40,000 nt of DNA from Ruegeria atlantica (GTDB lineage Bacteria; Pseudomonadota; Alphaproteobacteria; Rhodobacterales; Rhodobacteraceae): the NCBI GenBank assembly GCA_013032095.1, contig WQBJ01000024.1, positions 1 through 40,000 on the forward strand, in the 5' to 3' direction. The notes below the pieces were generated by a model that worked only from the letters and a program-made list of their open reading frames with translations, did no database searches and had not been told where the DNA came from. Shown in pieces: positions 24,033 to 34,817 of the stretch. The stretch's first letter is position 1; each line of letters opens with the position of its first letter. The position numbers were made by a program, and so were the translations under genes.

Positions 24033-25265
24033 ATGCTTGAGACATTGATGTGCGCGCTGGTGACAGTGCTGCCTGACTATCTGTTCCGCCGTTATGTGCA
24101 GGGTAAGCGGATCGGGCATGAAATCACGCTGTTCACCATGTGGTACGAACTGCGCTGGGGCCTGACCACCTGTGCCATTCTGGCGCTGACCGTGATCACC
24201 ACGCTGTTCTACTTCCATCCGGCCAGCAAGACGGCAGCCTCGTATTTTCGCACCGTGACCATCCTGCCTCAACTGGGCGGGCGCGTGTCCGAGGTCTATG
24301 TCACCAACAACCAGCAAGTCGTTGCCGGGCAGCCGATCTTCCGGATCGAAGATTTTACCCAGACTGCCATGGTCGAAGCCGCACATGCCCAGATTGCACA
24401 GGTTAAGGCCTCGCTGAAAGTAGCCGAGACAGATCTGGCTGAGGCCGAGGCGGGTATCGCCGGTGCGCGAGCCGCGCTGGATCAGTCTCTGGAAGACCTG
24501 GAGCGCAACACCACACTGCGCGACGAAGGGTCCAGCGCTGTGCGGCTGGCTGAGATCGACCGGTTGGAAAATCTGGTCGCTGAACGCGAGGCTCAATTGC
24601 GGGCCGCTGAGTCCCAACGTGCGGCCGTCATACAACAGATCGAGGAACTGATCCCCGCCCAACTGGCCAGCGCCAATGCGCAACTGGACGCCGCTCTGAC
24701 CGAGTTGGACAAGACAGTGATCAACGCCGGTGTCACCGGTCGGATTGAACAGTTTGGCCTCCAAGTTGGCGACTATGTCAGCCCTCTGCTGCGCCCGGCG
24801 GGTATTCTGGTGCCCTCATCTTCGGGCCACAATCGGTTCCAGGCCGCGTTCAACCAGATGTCGGCGCAGGTCATCAAGCCCGGCATGATCGGAGAGTTGG
24901 GCTGCATGACCAAGCCCTTCACAGTGATCCCGATGGTTGTGGTCGAGGTGCAGGACGTGATCCCATCTGGCCAAATTCGCCCCTCGGACGAGTTACGGGA
25001 TGTGCAGGCCAATAATGTGCCGGGTTCGATCTTGGTCTATATGGAGCCTCTGTACAAAAACATGGCGGATGACATTCCGCCGGGCAGCAACTGTCTGGCC
25101 AATGTTTACACCGACAATCACGAGCGACTGGAGCATGAGGATCTGGGATTTTGGCAGTCTGCGGCCCTGCATGTGATCGACACGATTGGTGTTGTCCACG
25201 CGGCTGGCTTGCGCCTGCGCCTGATCCTGATGCCGGTGAATACACTGGTTCTGACCGGCCACTAG
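24033..25265 (+). CDS. HlyD-family membrane fusion/secretion protein
   Basis: N-terminal TM helices. Lipoyl-like hairpin GRVSEVYVTNNQQVVAGQPIFRIED. Long coiled coil (AQIAQVKASLKVAETDLAEAEAGIAGARAALDQSLEDLERN...). Second hairpin GVTGRIEQFGLQVGDYV. Confidence 0.8.
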   Translation: MLETLMCALVTVLPDYLFRRYVQGKRIGHEITLFTMWYELRWGLTTCAILALTVITTLFYFHPASKTAASYFRTVTILPQLGGRVSEVYVTNNQQVVAGQPIFRIEDFTQTAMVEAAHAQIAQVKASLKVAETDLAEAEAGIAGARAALDQSLEDLERNTTLRDEGSSAVRLAEIDRLENLVAEREAQLRAAESQRAAVIQQIEELIPAQLASANAQLDAALTELDKTVINAGVTGRIEQFGLQVGDYVSPLLRPAGILVPSSSGHNRFQAAFNQMSAQVIKPGMIGELGCMTKPFTVIPMVVVEVQDVIPSGQIRPSDELRDVQANNVPGSILVYMEPLYKNMADDIPPGSNCLANVYTDNHERLEHEDLGFWQSAALHVIDTIGVVHAAGLRLRLILMPVNTLVLTGH

Positions 25266-25284
25266 ACCGGGTGCGGGTCGTGCC

Positions 25285-26652
25285 TCAGCCAGAGGCGCGG
25301 CCGCGTGATTTAGCCTCAGTTAGCGAGGCGAAAGAATAAGCCAGAACGCAGGCAGCGAAACCCGCGACGAAGAAGAAGACCAGAGGGTAAGAGTTGGTTA
25401 TCGCAAAGATTGAACTTCCAAGCGCCATGCCGACCGTGCCGCCCAACAGCTGAAACGTCATGGATATCCCGCTTGCCTGACCGTGCAGGTTTTGTGACAC
25501 GGCGGACATAATGGCGCGCCGGGGCGGGACGAACAGAAACGGCACGCAGCATCCCCACAGGATATAACCCGCAAAAACCAGCGCCGTGATGTCCTGATAC
25601 ATTCCCAGCGCAACCAACAGGATGGCGACTGTCCCCAGTGCTGTGCCCGTCAGCGATGGACCACGTGTTCCGAACTTATCGGCGACCTTGCCCGCCATCG
25701 GCGCTACGAAGATTTGCGGGAATGCGATAGGCAATAGTGCGGCTCCGGCGGCCAGCGGGGAAAAGCCAAGCTTGGTTTGAAAGTAGGACGCTCCGAATAC
25801 AAACAGAGCGATCTTGCCGAACTGCGCAGTAAACAGGATCATGTTTGCCGCCGCAAAACCGGGGTTGGTAAACAGAGTCACCGCGATCATGGGTGTTGGG
25901 ATGCGTCGCTCAATCCAGACAAATAGCGTGAGCGCCGCAAGGCCTGCGATTAACGCCGCAAGCACTTCGGGTTGGACCCAACCTCGGTCCGGACCTTCCA
26001 TGATCGCAAAAACCAGCGCGGCCAAACCGGGCACCAGCAGCACAAGCCCCTTCCAGTCGAACCCACGCTCCGAAAGGTGTGGCGGGTCACGCCAAAAGGT
26101 CCAGGTGATCGCAGCAACAGCCAGCACGATTGGCGGGTTGACCCAGAAAATCCAGCGCCAGGACAGAAATTCGGTCAGCACTCCTCCGACCAGCGGTCCC
26201 AATGACAAAAAAACCGTGCCGATCCCGCCATAGAGACCTAAGGCAAGGCCGCGTTCCTGCTCGTCAAAGGATTGGATCAGTATCACCATCGACAAGGGAA
26301 AGATCAGGGCAGCGCCGATGCCTTGAACCGCGCGGGCGGTCAGCAGTTCGAAACCGTTCTCTGCAAATCCTCCAAGCACCGAGGACAGACCAAAGATCAG
26401 CAGGCCTGCGCTCAGCAAGACCTGAACGCCCAGAATGTCGCCCAGACGCCCTGCCGCCCCGGCGAAACAAGCCAGCACAAGCAGGTAGATATTCACCACC
26501 CAATGCGCATCCAGCCGCGAGAGATGCAGTTCATCCCGGATGGTAGGCAACGCAACGCTGACCACCGTTTCATCCAGCAGAATGACTCCAAGGATCGCCC
26601 CCATCGCGCCAAGGATCCACCAGCGGCTGCGGTCTTGTACCTCGGTCTGCAT
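25285..26652 (-). CDS. MFS transporter (drug:H+ antiporter-like)
   Basis: 455 aa, highly hydrophobic with many predicted helices. MFS motif-A-like GRLGDILG. Confidence 0.8.
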   Translation of the reverse strand: MQTEVQDRSRWWILGAMGAILGVILLDETVVSVALPTIRDELHLSRLDAHWVVNIYLLVLACFAGAAGRLGDILGVQVLLSAGLLIFGLSSVLGGFAENGFELLTARAVQGIGAALIFPLSMVILIQSFDEQERGLALGLYGGIGTVFLSLGPLVGGVLTEFLSWRWIFWVNPPIVLAVAAITWTFWRDPPHLSERGFDWKGLVLLVPGLAALVFAIMEGPDRGWVQPEVLAALIAGLAALTLFVWIERRIPTPMIAVTLFTNPGFAAANMILFTAQFGKIALFVFGASYFQTKLGFSPLAAGAALLPIAFPQIFVAPMAGKVADKFGTRGPSLTGTALGTVAILLVALGMYQDITALVFAGYILWGCCVPFLFVPPRRAIMSAVSQNLHGQASGISMTFQLLGGTVGMALGSSIFAITNSYPLVFFFVAGFAACVLAYSFASLTEAKSRGRASG

Positions 26653-26738
26653 TTTTCGTTCCGATCAGTGGACAACTGATCCTATCAGGGCCCGCCTGGC
26701 TTTGTTCGTCAAGGCTGAGGATGTGCCCCCGCGCAACT

Positions 26739-26765
26739 AAAAAGGGCCAGCCAAACGGCCAGCCC
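26739..26765 (-). terminator. Intrinsic terminator downstream of the xdh/ABC-transporter operon
   Basis: On the minus strand, GGGCTGGCC-GTTT-GGCTGGCCC forms a 9-bp stem with two G-U pairs, followed by TTTTT. It lies about 25 nt after the BMP gene stop. Confidence 0.6.
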
Positions 26766-26787
26766 TTCAGTGCCTATGCAGCTAGGT

Positions 26788-27861
26788 TTATTGCGGAATT
26801 TCGCCTTCCAGCCCTTCGACATAGAAGTTCATGCCCGCCAGCGTGCCGTCGTCGGCGGTTTCACCCTCGGCCAGCCAGTCGCTGCCGTCTTGCTTTTTCA
26901 GCGGACCGGTGAAGGGGTGGTACTCACCCGCGGCCATAGCGGCCTTAAGCGCCAGTGCTTCTTCTTTCACATCGGCCGGAACGGAGTCAGAAATTTCACC
27001 GATCTCAACCATGCCTTCGGCGATACCGTCCCAGGTGTTCACGGTTGCCCACGAGCCGTCGATGACGGCCTGAGTGCGCGCGATGTAGTAGGGCGCCCAG
27101 TTGTCGATGATCGACGATACGCGCGGGTGCGGTGCGTACTCGCTCATGTCAGACGCCTGACCAAAGGTGATCACGTTGCCCGCCTCTTGTGCGGCCGCTT
27201 GCGGCGCGGTCGAGTCGGTATGCTGCAGGATCACGTCCGCACCCTGTTCGATCAGAACGGTGGCAGCGTCAGCCTCTTTTGCTGGATCGAACCAAGTGTA
27301 GGCCCAGACGATCTTGAACTCGACATCCGGGTTCACTTTTTTGGCGTGGACGTAAGCCGAGTTGATGCCGCGGATCACTTCGGGGATCGGGTACGAACCG
27401 ATATAGCCGATGATGTCAGACTCGGTCATCTTGCCCGCGATGTGGCCCTGAACGGCACGACCTTCGTAAAAACGGGCCGAATAGACCGAGACGTTGTCAG
27501 CGGTCTTGTAGCCGGTCGCGTGCTCGAACTTCACGTTCGGGAATTTCTTGGCCACGTTGATGGTCGGGTCCATGTAACCGAACGAAGTGGTGAAGATCAG
27601 GTCAGCGCCTTCCAGCGCCATCTGGGTCATCACTCGTTCGGCGTCTGGGCCTTCGGGAACGGACTCAACGAAGACGGTTTCGACCTTGTCGCCAAAATGC
27701 TCTTCAACCGCCAGACGGCCCTTGTTGTGCTCATAGGTCCAGCCGCCGTCGCCCACAGGGCCGACATAGACGAAACCGACTTTGGTCTTGTCTTCGGCCA
27801 TGGCCCCCGAGGCCAGACCCAGTGCCATGGCGGCACTTGTCAAAAGTGTAGTGAATTTCAT
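26788..27861 (-). CDS. BMP-family (PnrA/Med-like) ABC transporter substrate-binding protein, probable nucleoside/purine binding
   Basis: Signal peptide MKFTTLLTSAAMALGLASGAMA. BMP-family blocks KVGFVYVGPVGDGGW, FTTSFGY, IGYIGSYPIPEV. GGGGAG RBS is present. Confidence 0.85.
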   Translation of the reverse strand: MKFTTLLTSAAMALGLASGAMAEDKTKVGFVYVGPVGDGGWTYEHNKGRLAVEEHFGDKVETVFVESVPEGPDAERVMTQMALEGADLIFTTSFGYMDPTINVAKKFPNVKFEHATGYKTADNVSVYSARFYEGRAVQGHIAGKMTESDIIGYIGSYPIPEVIRGINSAYVHAKKVNPDVEFKIVWAYTWFDPAKEADAATVLIEQGADVILQHTDSTAPQAAAQEAGNVITFGQASDMSEYAPHPRVSSIIDNWAPYYIARTQAVIDGSWATVNTWDGIAEGMVEIGEISDSVPADVKEEALALKAAMAAGEYHPFTGPLKKQDGSDWLAEGETADDGTLAGMNFYVEGLEGEIPQ

Positions 27862-27895
27862 GTGTTACTCCCCAAGTTGGTTCAGTTGGCCCCGT

Positions 27896-28816
27896 CTAGT
27901 GCGAGGCATGGAAGGTCCGGCCCAGTGAGGCAGGTGCGCTGCTCTTGTCGGCCGATAGGATCACAAGCACAAGGATCGTGATGATATAGGGCGACATTGC
28001 CAGATACTCGACGGGAATGGCAACGCCCGCCGCCTGCAAATTAAGCTGCAACACGGTGATACCGCCGAACAAATAGGCGCCCAGCAAGGCACGCCATGGT
28101 TTCCAGCTGGCGAACACTACCAAAGCCAGAGCGATCCAGCCGACACCGGCGGTCATGCCCTCGGTCCACTGCGGCACGCGGATCAGGCTGATATAAGCTC
28201 CACCAAGGCCCGCGCACGCACCGCCAAACAGGATTGCCATGATGCGGATCTTGATGACTTTATAGCCAAGGGCGTGCGCCGCATCGTGGTTCTCACCTAC
28301 CGCACGCAGGATCAGACCAACACGGGTGTATTTCAGCGTGGCCCAAACCGCTGCCGTCAATGCGATGCCGACATAGAGGATCGGATCATGCTGGAACAGG
28401 ATCGGACCGATGACCGGGATATCGCTGATTACTGGGATATGGATGTCTCCCATGCTGGGTGGTTTGATCCCCACATAGCTTTGGCCCAGAAGGGCGCTGA
28501 AGCCCAAGCCAAACAGGGTCAGGGCAAGGCCACTTGCGACTTGGTTGGCCAACGCAAACTGTGTTAGCAGCACAAACAGCAGGGACAGAACTGCACCACC
28601 AATGGCCGCTGCGACAAAGCCCAGCCAGGGTGAGCCTGTTTCGACCGAGATCGCGAATCCGCTGATCGCGCCGACGATCATCATGCCTTCAACACCAAGG
28701 TTCAAGACGCCTGCCTTTTCGACGACCAGTTCACCGATCGCGGCCAGAAGCAGGGGAGTTGCAGCCACCATAAGCGAGGCGAGCAACAATACGGGGTTAA
28801 TTTCACCTAGGTCCAT
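27896..28816 (-). CDS. ABC transporter permease (BMP/nucleoside system)
   Basis: 306-aa polytopic membrane protein adjacent to a second permease and the BMP binding protein. Confidence 0.8.
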   Translation of the reverse strand: MDLGEINPVLLLASLMVAATPLLLAAIGELVVEKAGVLNLGVEGMMIVGAISGFAISVETGSPWLGFVAAAIGGAVLSLLFVLLTQFALANQVASGLALTLFGLGFSALLGQSYVGIKPPSMGDIHIPVISDIPVIGPILFQHDPILYVGIALTAAVWATLKYTRVGLILRAVGENHDAAHALGYKVIKIRIMAILFGGACAGLGGAYISLIRVPQWTEGMTAGVGWIALALVVFASWKPWRALLGAYLFGGITVLQLNLQAAGVAIPVEYLAMSPYIITILVLVILSADKSSAPASLGRTFHASH

Positions 28817-28819
28817 GGG

Positions 28820-29902
28820 TCACGCCACCTCGCTACGGGCCGCTCGGATGCGGTAGTTTGTCAGAAGATCGAAAGCCAGCAGGAAGAACAGCAGCATTCC
28901 TTGAAAAACTTGAATGGCAGCGGCAGGCAGGCCGAGTTGAGACTGAGCGATTTCACCGCCGATATAGGTCAGCGCCATCAAACCACCCGCCAGCAGGATA
29001 CCCACTGGATGCAGGCGCCCCAAAAAGGCCACGATTATCGCGGTAAAGCCGTAACCCACGTTAAAGTCGATGCTGACCACGCCCGAGGGGCCGGAGACTT
29101 CGAACATCCCGGCCAGACCGGCCAATGCACCGGACAGGCCCAGACAGAACAGGATCAGCCGCGCCGGGTTCACACCAGCGAACTTGGCGGCTCGTGGGGC
29201 TTCACCAGTCAAGCGGATGTGGAAGCCCAGCATGTGCCGGTTCAGCAGGATATAGGCAAAGATCACGGCGACTAGGGCGGTAACAACACCCCAGTGCATG
29301 CCCGATCCAGCAATCAGTTCGGCGTTATGCGCGCTTTCATAGGACTGCAGGTTGCGCGAGCCGGGAAAGCCGAACCCTTCGGGGTTCTTCAACAGGCCCA
29401 GCGAAACCGAGGCCAGCATTTGCTCGGCCACGTAGACCAGCATCAGCGACACAAGGATTTCGTTGGTGCCAAATCGTACCTTCAGAAAGGCAGGGATCAT
29501 GGCCCAGAGCCAACCGCCGAACGCACCGGCAATTACCATTATCGGAAAGACATACCACGCATCCAGCGGGTAGAATGCCAGACCGGCCCCTGCGCCGAAG
29601 ATGGCGCCCATGATGTATTGCCCTTCGGCACCGATGTTCCAGATGCCAGCGCGAAAACCCAGGGACAGACCGATTGCGATCAGCACCAACGGCGCGCCCT
29701 TCACCAGCAGTTGCGGGCGGTAATAGAAGGCGAACTCACCGAACAAAGGCTCCCAGAAGATGGTGCCGATAGCTTCAACAGGGTTTTTGCCCAAAATGGC
29801 GAACAAGATGCCGCCAAATACCATCGTAGCCACAACTGCGACCAGAGGGGTCGCATAAGACCACGCCTTGGACGGCTGCGGCCGTTTCTCCAACACAATC
29901 AT
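28820..29902 (-). CDS. ABC transporter permease (BMP/nucleoside system)
   Basis: 360-aa polytopic membrane protein, separated by 3 nt from the next permease gene. Confidence 0.8.
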   Translation of the reverse strand: MIVLEKRPQPSKAWSYATPLVAVVATMVFGGILFAILGKNPVEAIGTIFWEPLFGEFAFYYRPQLLVKGAPLVLIAIGLSLGFRAGIWNIGAEGQYIMGAIFGAGAGLAFYPLDAWYVFPIMVIAGAFGGWLWAMIPAFLKVRFGTNEILVSLMLVYVAEQMLASVSLGLLKNPEGFGFPGSRNLQSYESAHNAELIAGSGMHWGVVTALVAVIFAYILLNRHMLGFHIRLTGEAPRAAKFAGVNPARLILFCLGLSGALAGLAGMFEVSGPSGVVSIDFNVGYGFTAIIVAFLGRLHPVGILLAGGLMALTYIGGEIAQSQLGLPAAAIQVFQGMLLFFLLAFDLLTNYRIRAARSEVA

Positions 29903-29965
29903 CTGCTCATCCCCCCAAGGTCTTCATCTTTTTGTAAATATTTTCGCCGAAGGCGACGCGACGGA

Positions 29966-31483
29966 TCACACATGCGCCACCTCCATGCCATGGGCGCCGC
30001 CCATCATCAGACCGATCTCATCAACCGTCAGGCCAATGGTTGGGCGCGGCGCACTTAACCGCCCTTCGTTCAGGGCCGCAAAACTGTCCGAGATTTCCAT
30101 CAACTCGTCCAAGTCCTGACTGATGCAGACGACCGCAGTTCCCTTGGTCGCCAGATCCAGAATAGCCTGCCGGATCGAGGCCGCCGCAGCCGCATCCACG
30201 CCCCATGTTGGCTGGTTGACCACCAGAACATCCGGATTCTGCAACACCTCGCGTCCAATCACGAATTTCTGCAGGTTGCCACCCGATAGCGACCGTGCAG
30301 CATTCTCAGGCCCCGGTGTGCGGACGTCGAAGGCGCTGATGATCTTCTCGGCAAAGTTTTTGGTTTCCGACCATTTTAGAAAGCCGTTGTTTTCCAACCC
30401 TTCGCGCACAGAACCGGTCAGCAGTGCGTTTTCGGTCAGGCTCATATCCGGCGCGGCTGCGTGGCCCAGCCGTTCTTCGGGTGCGGTCAACACGCCCAGC
30501 TTTCGGCGGGCTGTCGGGCCAAGTTTTCCGATCCTCTGCCCATTAAATTTGATTGCGTCGGCTGAAGTCGGGATTTCTCCCGACAAAACGCCAAGCAGCT
30601 CATCCTGCCCGTTGCCCGCGACGCCACCTATGCCCAGAACCTCGCCTTTGCGGACTGTCATGTGAACATTTCGCAGCGCGGTGCCAAATTCCGAAGGCGA
30701 AGGTACCGACAATCCGCTGACGTCCAGCGCAACCTCACCAAACTCTCGCCCTGACCGTTCCGGCGTTTGCAGGGTCGACCCCACCATCATCTCGGCCATG
30801 TCCCGCGCCGAGGTCTCAGATGGCACGCATTCGCCTACATTCTTGCCCAGACGCAGGATCGTGGCGTGGTCACACAGCGTGCGAATTTCTTCCAACTTGT
30901 GCGAAATATACAGGATCGAGGTGCCCTCGGACCGTAATTTGTTCAGCGTTTCGAACAGGATATCGACCTCTTGCGGGGTCAGAACGGAGGTCGGTTCGTC
31001 CATGATCAGCAGCTTGGGGTCCTGTAACAGGCAGCGAATGATCTCGACCCGCTGACGCTCACCGGCGGACAGGTCGCCGACGGTGCGGTACGGGTCCAGC
31101 GGCAAGCCGTAGGTTTCCGAAACTTCTCGAATACGAGAGGCCAGATCACCCATCGGTGGCGGGTTCTCCATCCCCAATGCGATGTTCTCGGCCACGTTCA
31201 GTGCGTCAAACAGCGAAAAATGCTGAAACACCATCGCGATCCCGTCGGCCCGCGCCGCGCGCGGTTCGGGTGGCGCAAAGGGTTGGCCGCGCAACAACAT
31301 CGTGCCGCTGTCGGGTTTCACCAGCCCGTAGATCATTTTCACCAGCGTGGATTTTCCCGCGCCGTTCTCTCCCAGCAGGGCGTGAACCTCGCCCTCACCG
31401 ATGTCGAAAGACACCTGATCATTGGCCACGACGCCGGGATAGGCTTTGGTCAGCCCCTGCAAGCTTAAGAGTGGAGTGGTCAC
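29966..31483 (-). CDS. ABC transporter ATP-binding protein (tandem ABC domains)
   Basis: Track ORF was trimmed to the GTG at 31483 (VTTPLLSLQGLTKAYPG...), which overlaps the xdhC stop as GTGA. Walker A GENGAGKST, signature LSAGERQRVEI and Walker B LLIMDEPT in the first domain. The second domain has GVAGNGQ, LSGGNLQK and VLVVNQPT. Confidence 0.85.
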   Translation of the reverse strand: MTTPLLSLQGLTKAYPGVVANDQVSFDIGEGEVHALLGENGAGKSTLVKMIYGLVKPDSGTMLLRGQPFAPPEPRAARADGIAMVFQHFSLFDALNVAENIALGMENPPPMGDLASRIREVSETYGLPLDPYRTVGDLSAGERQRVEIIRCLLQDPKLLIMDEPTSVLTPQEVDILFETLNKLRSEGTSILYISHKLEEIRTLCDHATILRLGKNVGECVPSETSARDMAEMMVGSTLQTPERSGREFGEVALDVSGLSVPSPSEFGTALRNVHMTVRKGEVLGIGGVAGNGQDELLGVLSGEIPTSADAIKFNGQRIGKLGPTARRKLGVLTAPEERLGHAAAPDMSLTENALLTGSVREGLENNGFLKWSETKNFAEKIISAFDVRTPGPENAARSLSGGNLQKFVIGREVLQNPDVLVVNQPTWGVDAAAAASIRQAILDLATKGTAVVCISQDLDELMEISDSFAALNEGRLSAPRPTIGLTVDEIGLMMGGAHGMEVAHV

Positions 31484-32415
31484 GCGCTCAGGTCCTTCTT
31501 CAACTCGTTCTGCCGGGCCGGGCGCAAGAGCTGCGCTGCGACGCCGACGGCGATCATCTGCGGGTGTTTGCCCAAACCGGGATCGCCGATTGGGCAGGTG
31601 ATCCGACTGATCCGTTCGGGCGAATGCCCAAGGGCTGCCAGCCGCGACCGGAATCGCGCCCATTTCGTAGCCGAGCCGATCAGCCCCGCAAAGCGGAAAT
31701 CGTGCGAAAGCAGCCGGTTGCACAGTTCTAAGTCCAGATTGTGTGAATAAGTGAGCACAAGATGCTCGGCATCGGCCGGTGCATGACGTATCAGCTCGGC
31801 TGGCTTGGCGGCCGGAACCGGTGTCACGCTGACTGGAATCGTATTCGGAAACCGTGCAGGACCAGTATCGACCCAGGTGATTGCAAAATCGGGCAGCGGA
31901 GAGAGAACATCCACCAATGCGCGACCAACATGGCCCGCGCCCCAGATCCACAAGTTGCGGGTAGGTTTATGCACCGGCTCTACCATCCAGCCGTCGACCA
32001 GTTGCGGTTCGGGCGCGATGCCCTGACCACGCGCGGCTGCCAGCAGGCGTTTGACTGACAGGGGCATATCTTCGCCGGCAGTCGGACGTGCGATGAGGGT
32101 ATCGTCCAGCGCGTCGATGGCTTTTTGGTCATAGACCTCGCTATATAGCGAGACCGCGCCGCCGCAGCACTGCCCCATGTCAGGTCCAAGAGCGTGATGT
32201 GTCAGGCGGGATGGCATGGTCTGAGATCGCGCGGCCTCAGCCGCCTGATATTCCAGCGTGCCGCCTCCAATTGTGCCGCTTTGCCCGTCCTTCCAAACCA
32301 TCATCGCCGCGCCGACCTCGCGCGGGGACGACCCCTTGATCGCAGCGATGACCACCCGGGTGACTTTACCGTGGGTTTTGACCGCCTCCCTCAAAGCCTC
32401 TCGATCAAATCCCAT
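31480..32415 (-). CDS. xdhC: Xanthine dehydrogenase accessory protein XdhC
   Basis: The position directly after xdhB supports the call. XdhC/CoxI-family blocks MPSRLTHHALGPDMGQCCGGAVSLYSEV and LWIWGAGHVGRALV are present. Confidence 0.8.
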   Translation of the reverse strand: MGFDREALREAVKTHGKVTRVVIAAIKGSSPREVGAAMMVWKDGQSGTIGGGTLEYQAAEAARSQTMPSRLTHHALGPDMGQCCGGAVSLYSEVYDQKAIDALDDTLIARPTAGEDMPLSVKRLLAAARGQGIAPEPQLVDGWMVEPVHKPTRNLWIWGAGHVGRALVDVLSPLPDFAITWVDTGPARFPNTIPVSVTPVPAAKPAELIRHAPADAEHLVLTYSHNLDLELCNRLLSHDFRFAGLIGSATKWARFRSRLAALGHSPERISRITCPIGDPGLGKHPQMIAVGVAAQLLRPARQNELKKDLSA

Positions 32416-34817
32416 CAGGTTCCTCCCTTTACCCTTTGGATGCCGTTCCAGATTTCCTCGGCTGTGGCGGGTGCATCCAGCGCCGGATAGCTGTCGCCAC
32501 AGGCCGCCACGGCATTAGACAGGGCCAGCCATGCCGAGATGCCCAGCATGAAGGGCGGCTCGCCCACCGCTTTCGAGCGATAGATCGTGTCCTCGCGATT
32601 TTCCCCGTCCCAAAGCGCGACGTTGAAGATGTCGGGTCGGTCAGAACAGGCCGGGATTTTGTAGGTCGAGGGCGCGTGCGTGCGCAGGTTCCCCTTGCCG
32701 TCCCAGACCAGTTGCTCTGTCGTAAGCCAACCAGCGCCTTGCACGTAGCCGCCTTCGACCTGCCCGATATCCAGCGCCGGGTTCAGCGACGCGCCCGCAT
32801 CATGCAGGATATCAGTGCGCAGGATGCGGTTTTCTCCGGTCAGAGTATCTACGGCGACTTCGGTGATCGATGCGCCATAGGCGAAATAGAAGAACGGACG
32901 GCCTCGACCGGCAATCCGATCCCATTCGATCTTGGGAGTCTTATAAAACCCCGTCGCTGACAGGCTGATGCGCCCCTGATAGGCCAGCGCGGCAGCTTCG
33001 GCGAAGGTATAGCGTTCTTCGCCGACTGACACGTGGCCGTCCGTGAAGGTGACTGTTGACGGGTCGGCCTGGTGCCGTTCGGCCAAATAGTCGGCCATCC
33101 GGTCGCGGATCGTGTCACAAGCGGCTTTCACCGCCATGCCGTTCAGATCACTGCCCGAGGACGCCGCTGTGGCCGAAGTATTCGGCACTTTGGCCGTATC
33201 GGTCGCGGTGATCTTCACCATCTCCTGCGGGATACTAAAGCGTGAGGCCGCAACCTGCGCAACCTTCTGGAACAGACCCTGACCCATCTCAGTGCCGCCG
33301 TGATTCAGATGGACCGAGCCGTCCTGATATACATGTACCAGCGCACCCGCCTGATTCAGGTGGGTCAGCGTGAAGGAAATGCCGAACTTGACCGGAGAGA
33401 AGGCGATGCCCTTCTTGACCACTTTGTTCTCGGCATTCCATTTCTCGATAGCAGCCTTGCGCGCGGCATAGTCGCTCGATTTCAGGAGTGCTTCGGTCAT
33501 GCCGTGCAGTTCGAAATCGCTGACCTCCATGCCGTAAGGGGTGGTATTGCCACCTGCGGGCAAGGGGCGCACAGGGGCGTTGCCGGTCTCAACCGCGCCC
33601 CGGCTGGTCAGGTCTTCATGCGGGTCGGGGTGGCCCAGCGGCTTCTCTGCCGGTTCAGCCTCGGCAACTTTATGCGCGGGTTCATAGTAATTGCGGCGGC
33701 GCAGCTCGACTGGGTCCAATCCCAGTTCGTAGGCTGCATGGTCCATCACACGTTCGATACCGACCATACCCTGCGGGCCGCCAAAACCGCGATAGGCAGT
33801 GGCGGATTGGGTATTGGTCTTAAGCCGGTGGCTTTCTATCCGTGCGTTTGGCAGCAGATAGGCATTGTCCGAATGCAGCATTGCGCGGTCCGCCACAGGC
33901 AGGGACAGGTCCTGCGCCCAACCGCAGATCGCGTACTGGTGGAACGAGACGCCCTGAATGTGGCCGTTTTCGTCGAATCCGGCCTTGTATGAAATGCGGA
34001 ATGCATGGCGCTTGCCGGTGATGATCATGTCATCGTCGCGGTCATAGCGCATTTTGCAGGCTTTGCCGGTGGCGCGGGCAGCGATGGCGCAGGCCACGGC
34101 CAGAGCGTTGCCCTGGCTTTCCTTGCCGCCAAAGCCGCCGCCCATCCGGCGGGTTTCGACCCGGACGGCGTGCATGGGAACGCCCAAAGCATCCGCCACC
34201 TTATGCTGAATTTCTGTTGGGTGCTGAGTCGAGCTGTGCACCAGCATGTCCGCGCCTTCGTTCGGCACAGCCAGTGCGGCCTGACCTTCCAGATAGAAAT
34301 GCTCCTGCCCGCCAAGCTCGAACGTACCTTCGATAACATGGGCCGAACTCTTGATCGCAGCGTCCGCGTCGCCCTTGGCATAGATGCGGGGGCCGTCCTC
34401 GAACCGGCTGTCAGCGGCGAGCGCCTCTTCGACCGTCAGGATCGGAGTCTCTTCGGCATAGTCGATCTTGCCCAGACGCACTGCCTTGCGTGCGGCCAGA
34501 TGACTGGTGGCGACGACCAGAAATACAGGCTGGCCGATATAGTGAACCGTGCCGTCCGACAGCAACGGCTCATCGTGGATCGAGGGCGAGACATCGTTGG
34601 CAAAGGGCAGATCGTCCGCAGTCATTACCATGACAACGCCATCGGCGGCCTTTACAGCCGACAAATCCATCTCGTTGATCTTACCTTTGGCAATCGGGCT
34701 CAGGCCGAAGGCCAGATGTAATGTGCCCTTTGGCGTTGGAATGTCGTCCACATAACGTGCGTTGCCAGACACATGCAGCGGTGCCGCGTCGTGGGGCAGG
34801 GGTTTGGTCACGCTCAT
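32415..34817 (-). CDS. xdhB: Xanthine dehydrogenase, molybdopterin-binding large subunit
   Basis: 800 aa with aldehyde oxidase/xanthine dehydrogenase blocks [27 protein letters not shown] and VGEPPF. Confidence 0.9.
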   Translation of the reverse strand: MSVTKPLPHDAAPLHVSGNARYVDDIPTPKGTLHLAFGLSPIAKGKINEMDLSAVKAADGVVMVMTADDLPFANDVSPSIHDEPLLSDGTVHYIGQPVFLVVATSHLAARKAVRLGKIDYAEETPILTVEEALAADSRFEDGPRIYAKGDADAAIKSSAHVIEGTFELGGQEHFYLEGQAALAVPNEGADMLVHSSTQHPTEIQHKVADALGVPMHAVRVETRRMGGGFGGKESQGNALAVACAIAARATGKACKMRYDRDDDMIITGKRHAFRISYKAGFDENGHIQGVSFHQYAICGWAQDLSLPVADRAMLHSDNAYLLPNARIESHRLKTNTQSATAYRGFGGPQGMVGIERVMDHAAYELGLDPVELRRRNYYEPAHKVAEAEPAEKPLGHPDPHEDLTSRGAVETGNAPVRPLPAGGNTTPYGMEVSDFELHGMTEALLKSSDYAARKAAIEKWNAENKVVKKGIAFSPVKFGISFTLTHLNQAGALVHVYQDGSVHLNHGGTEMGQGLFQKVAQVAASRFSIPQEMVKITATDTAKVPNTSATAASSGSDLNGMAVKAACDTIRDRMADYLAERHQADPSTVTFTDGHVSVGEERYTFAEAAALAYQGRISLSATGFYKTPKIEWDRIAGRGRPFFYFAYGASITEVAVDTLTGENRILRTDILHDAGASLNPALDIGQVEGGYVQGAGWLTTEQLVWDGKGNLRTHAPSTYKIPACSDRPDIFNVALWDGENREDTIYRSKAVGEPPFMLGISAWLALSNAVAACGDSYPALDAPATAEEIWNGIQRVKGGT

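Noticed and set aside
31484-31951. N-terminal extensions of several track ORFs: 29966..31951, 21762..22787, 12441..15401, 1002..2111, 2108..3943, 11575..12264 and 16120..20244.
   Set aside because: The extensions overlap upstream genes or are Arg/Pro-rich low-complexity translations. Internal starts with RBS-like sequences or stop-start overlaps give proteins that begin where family homology begins.
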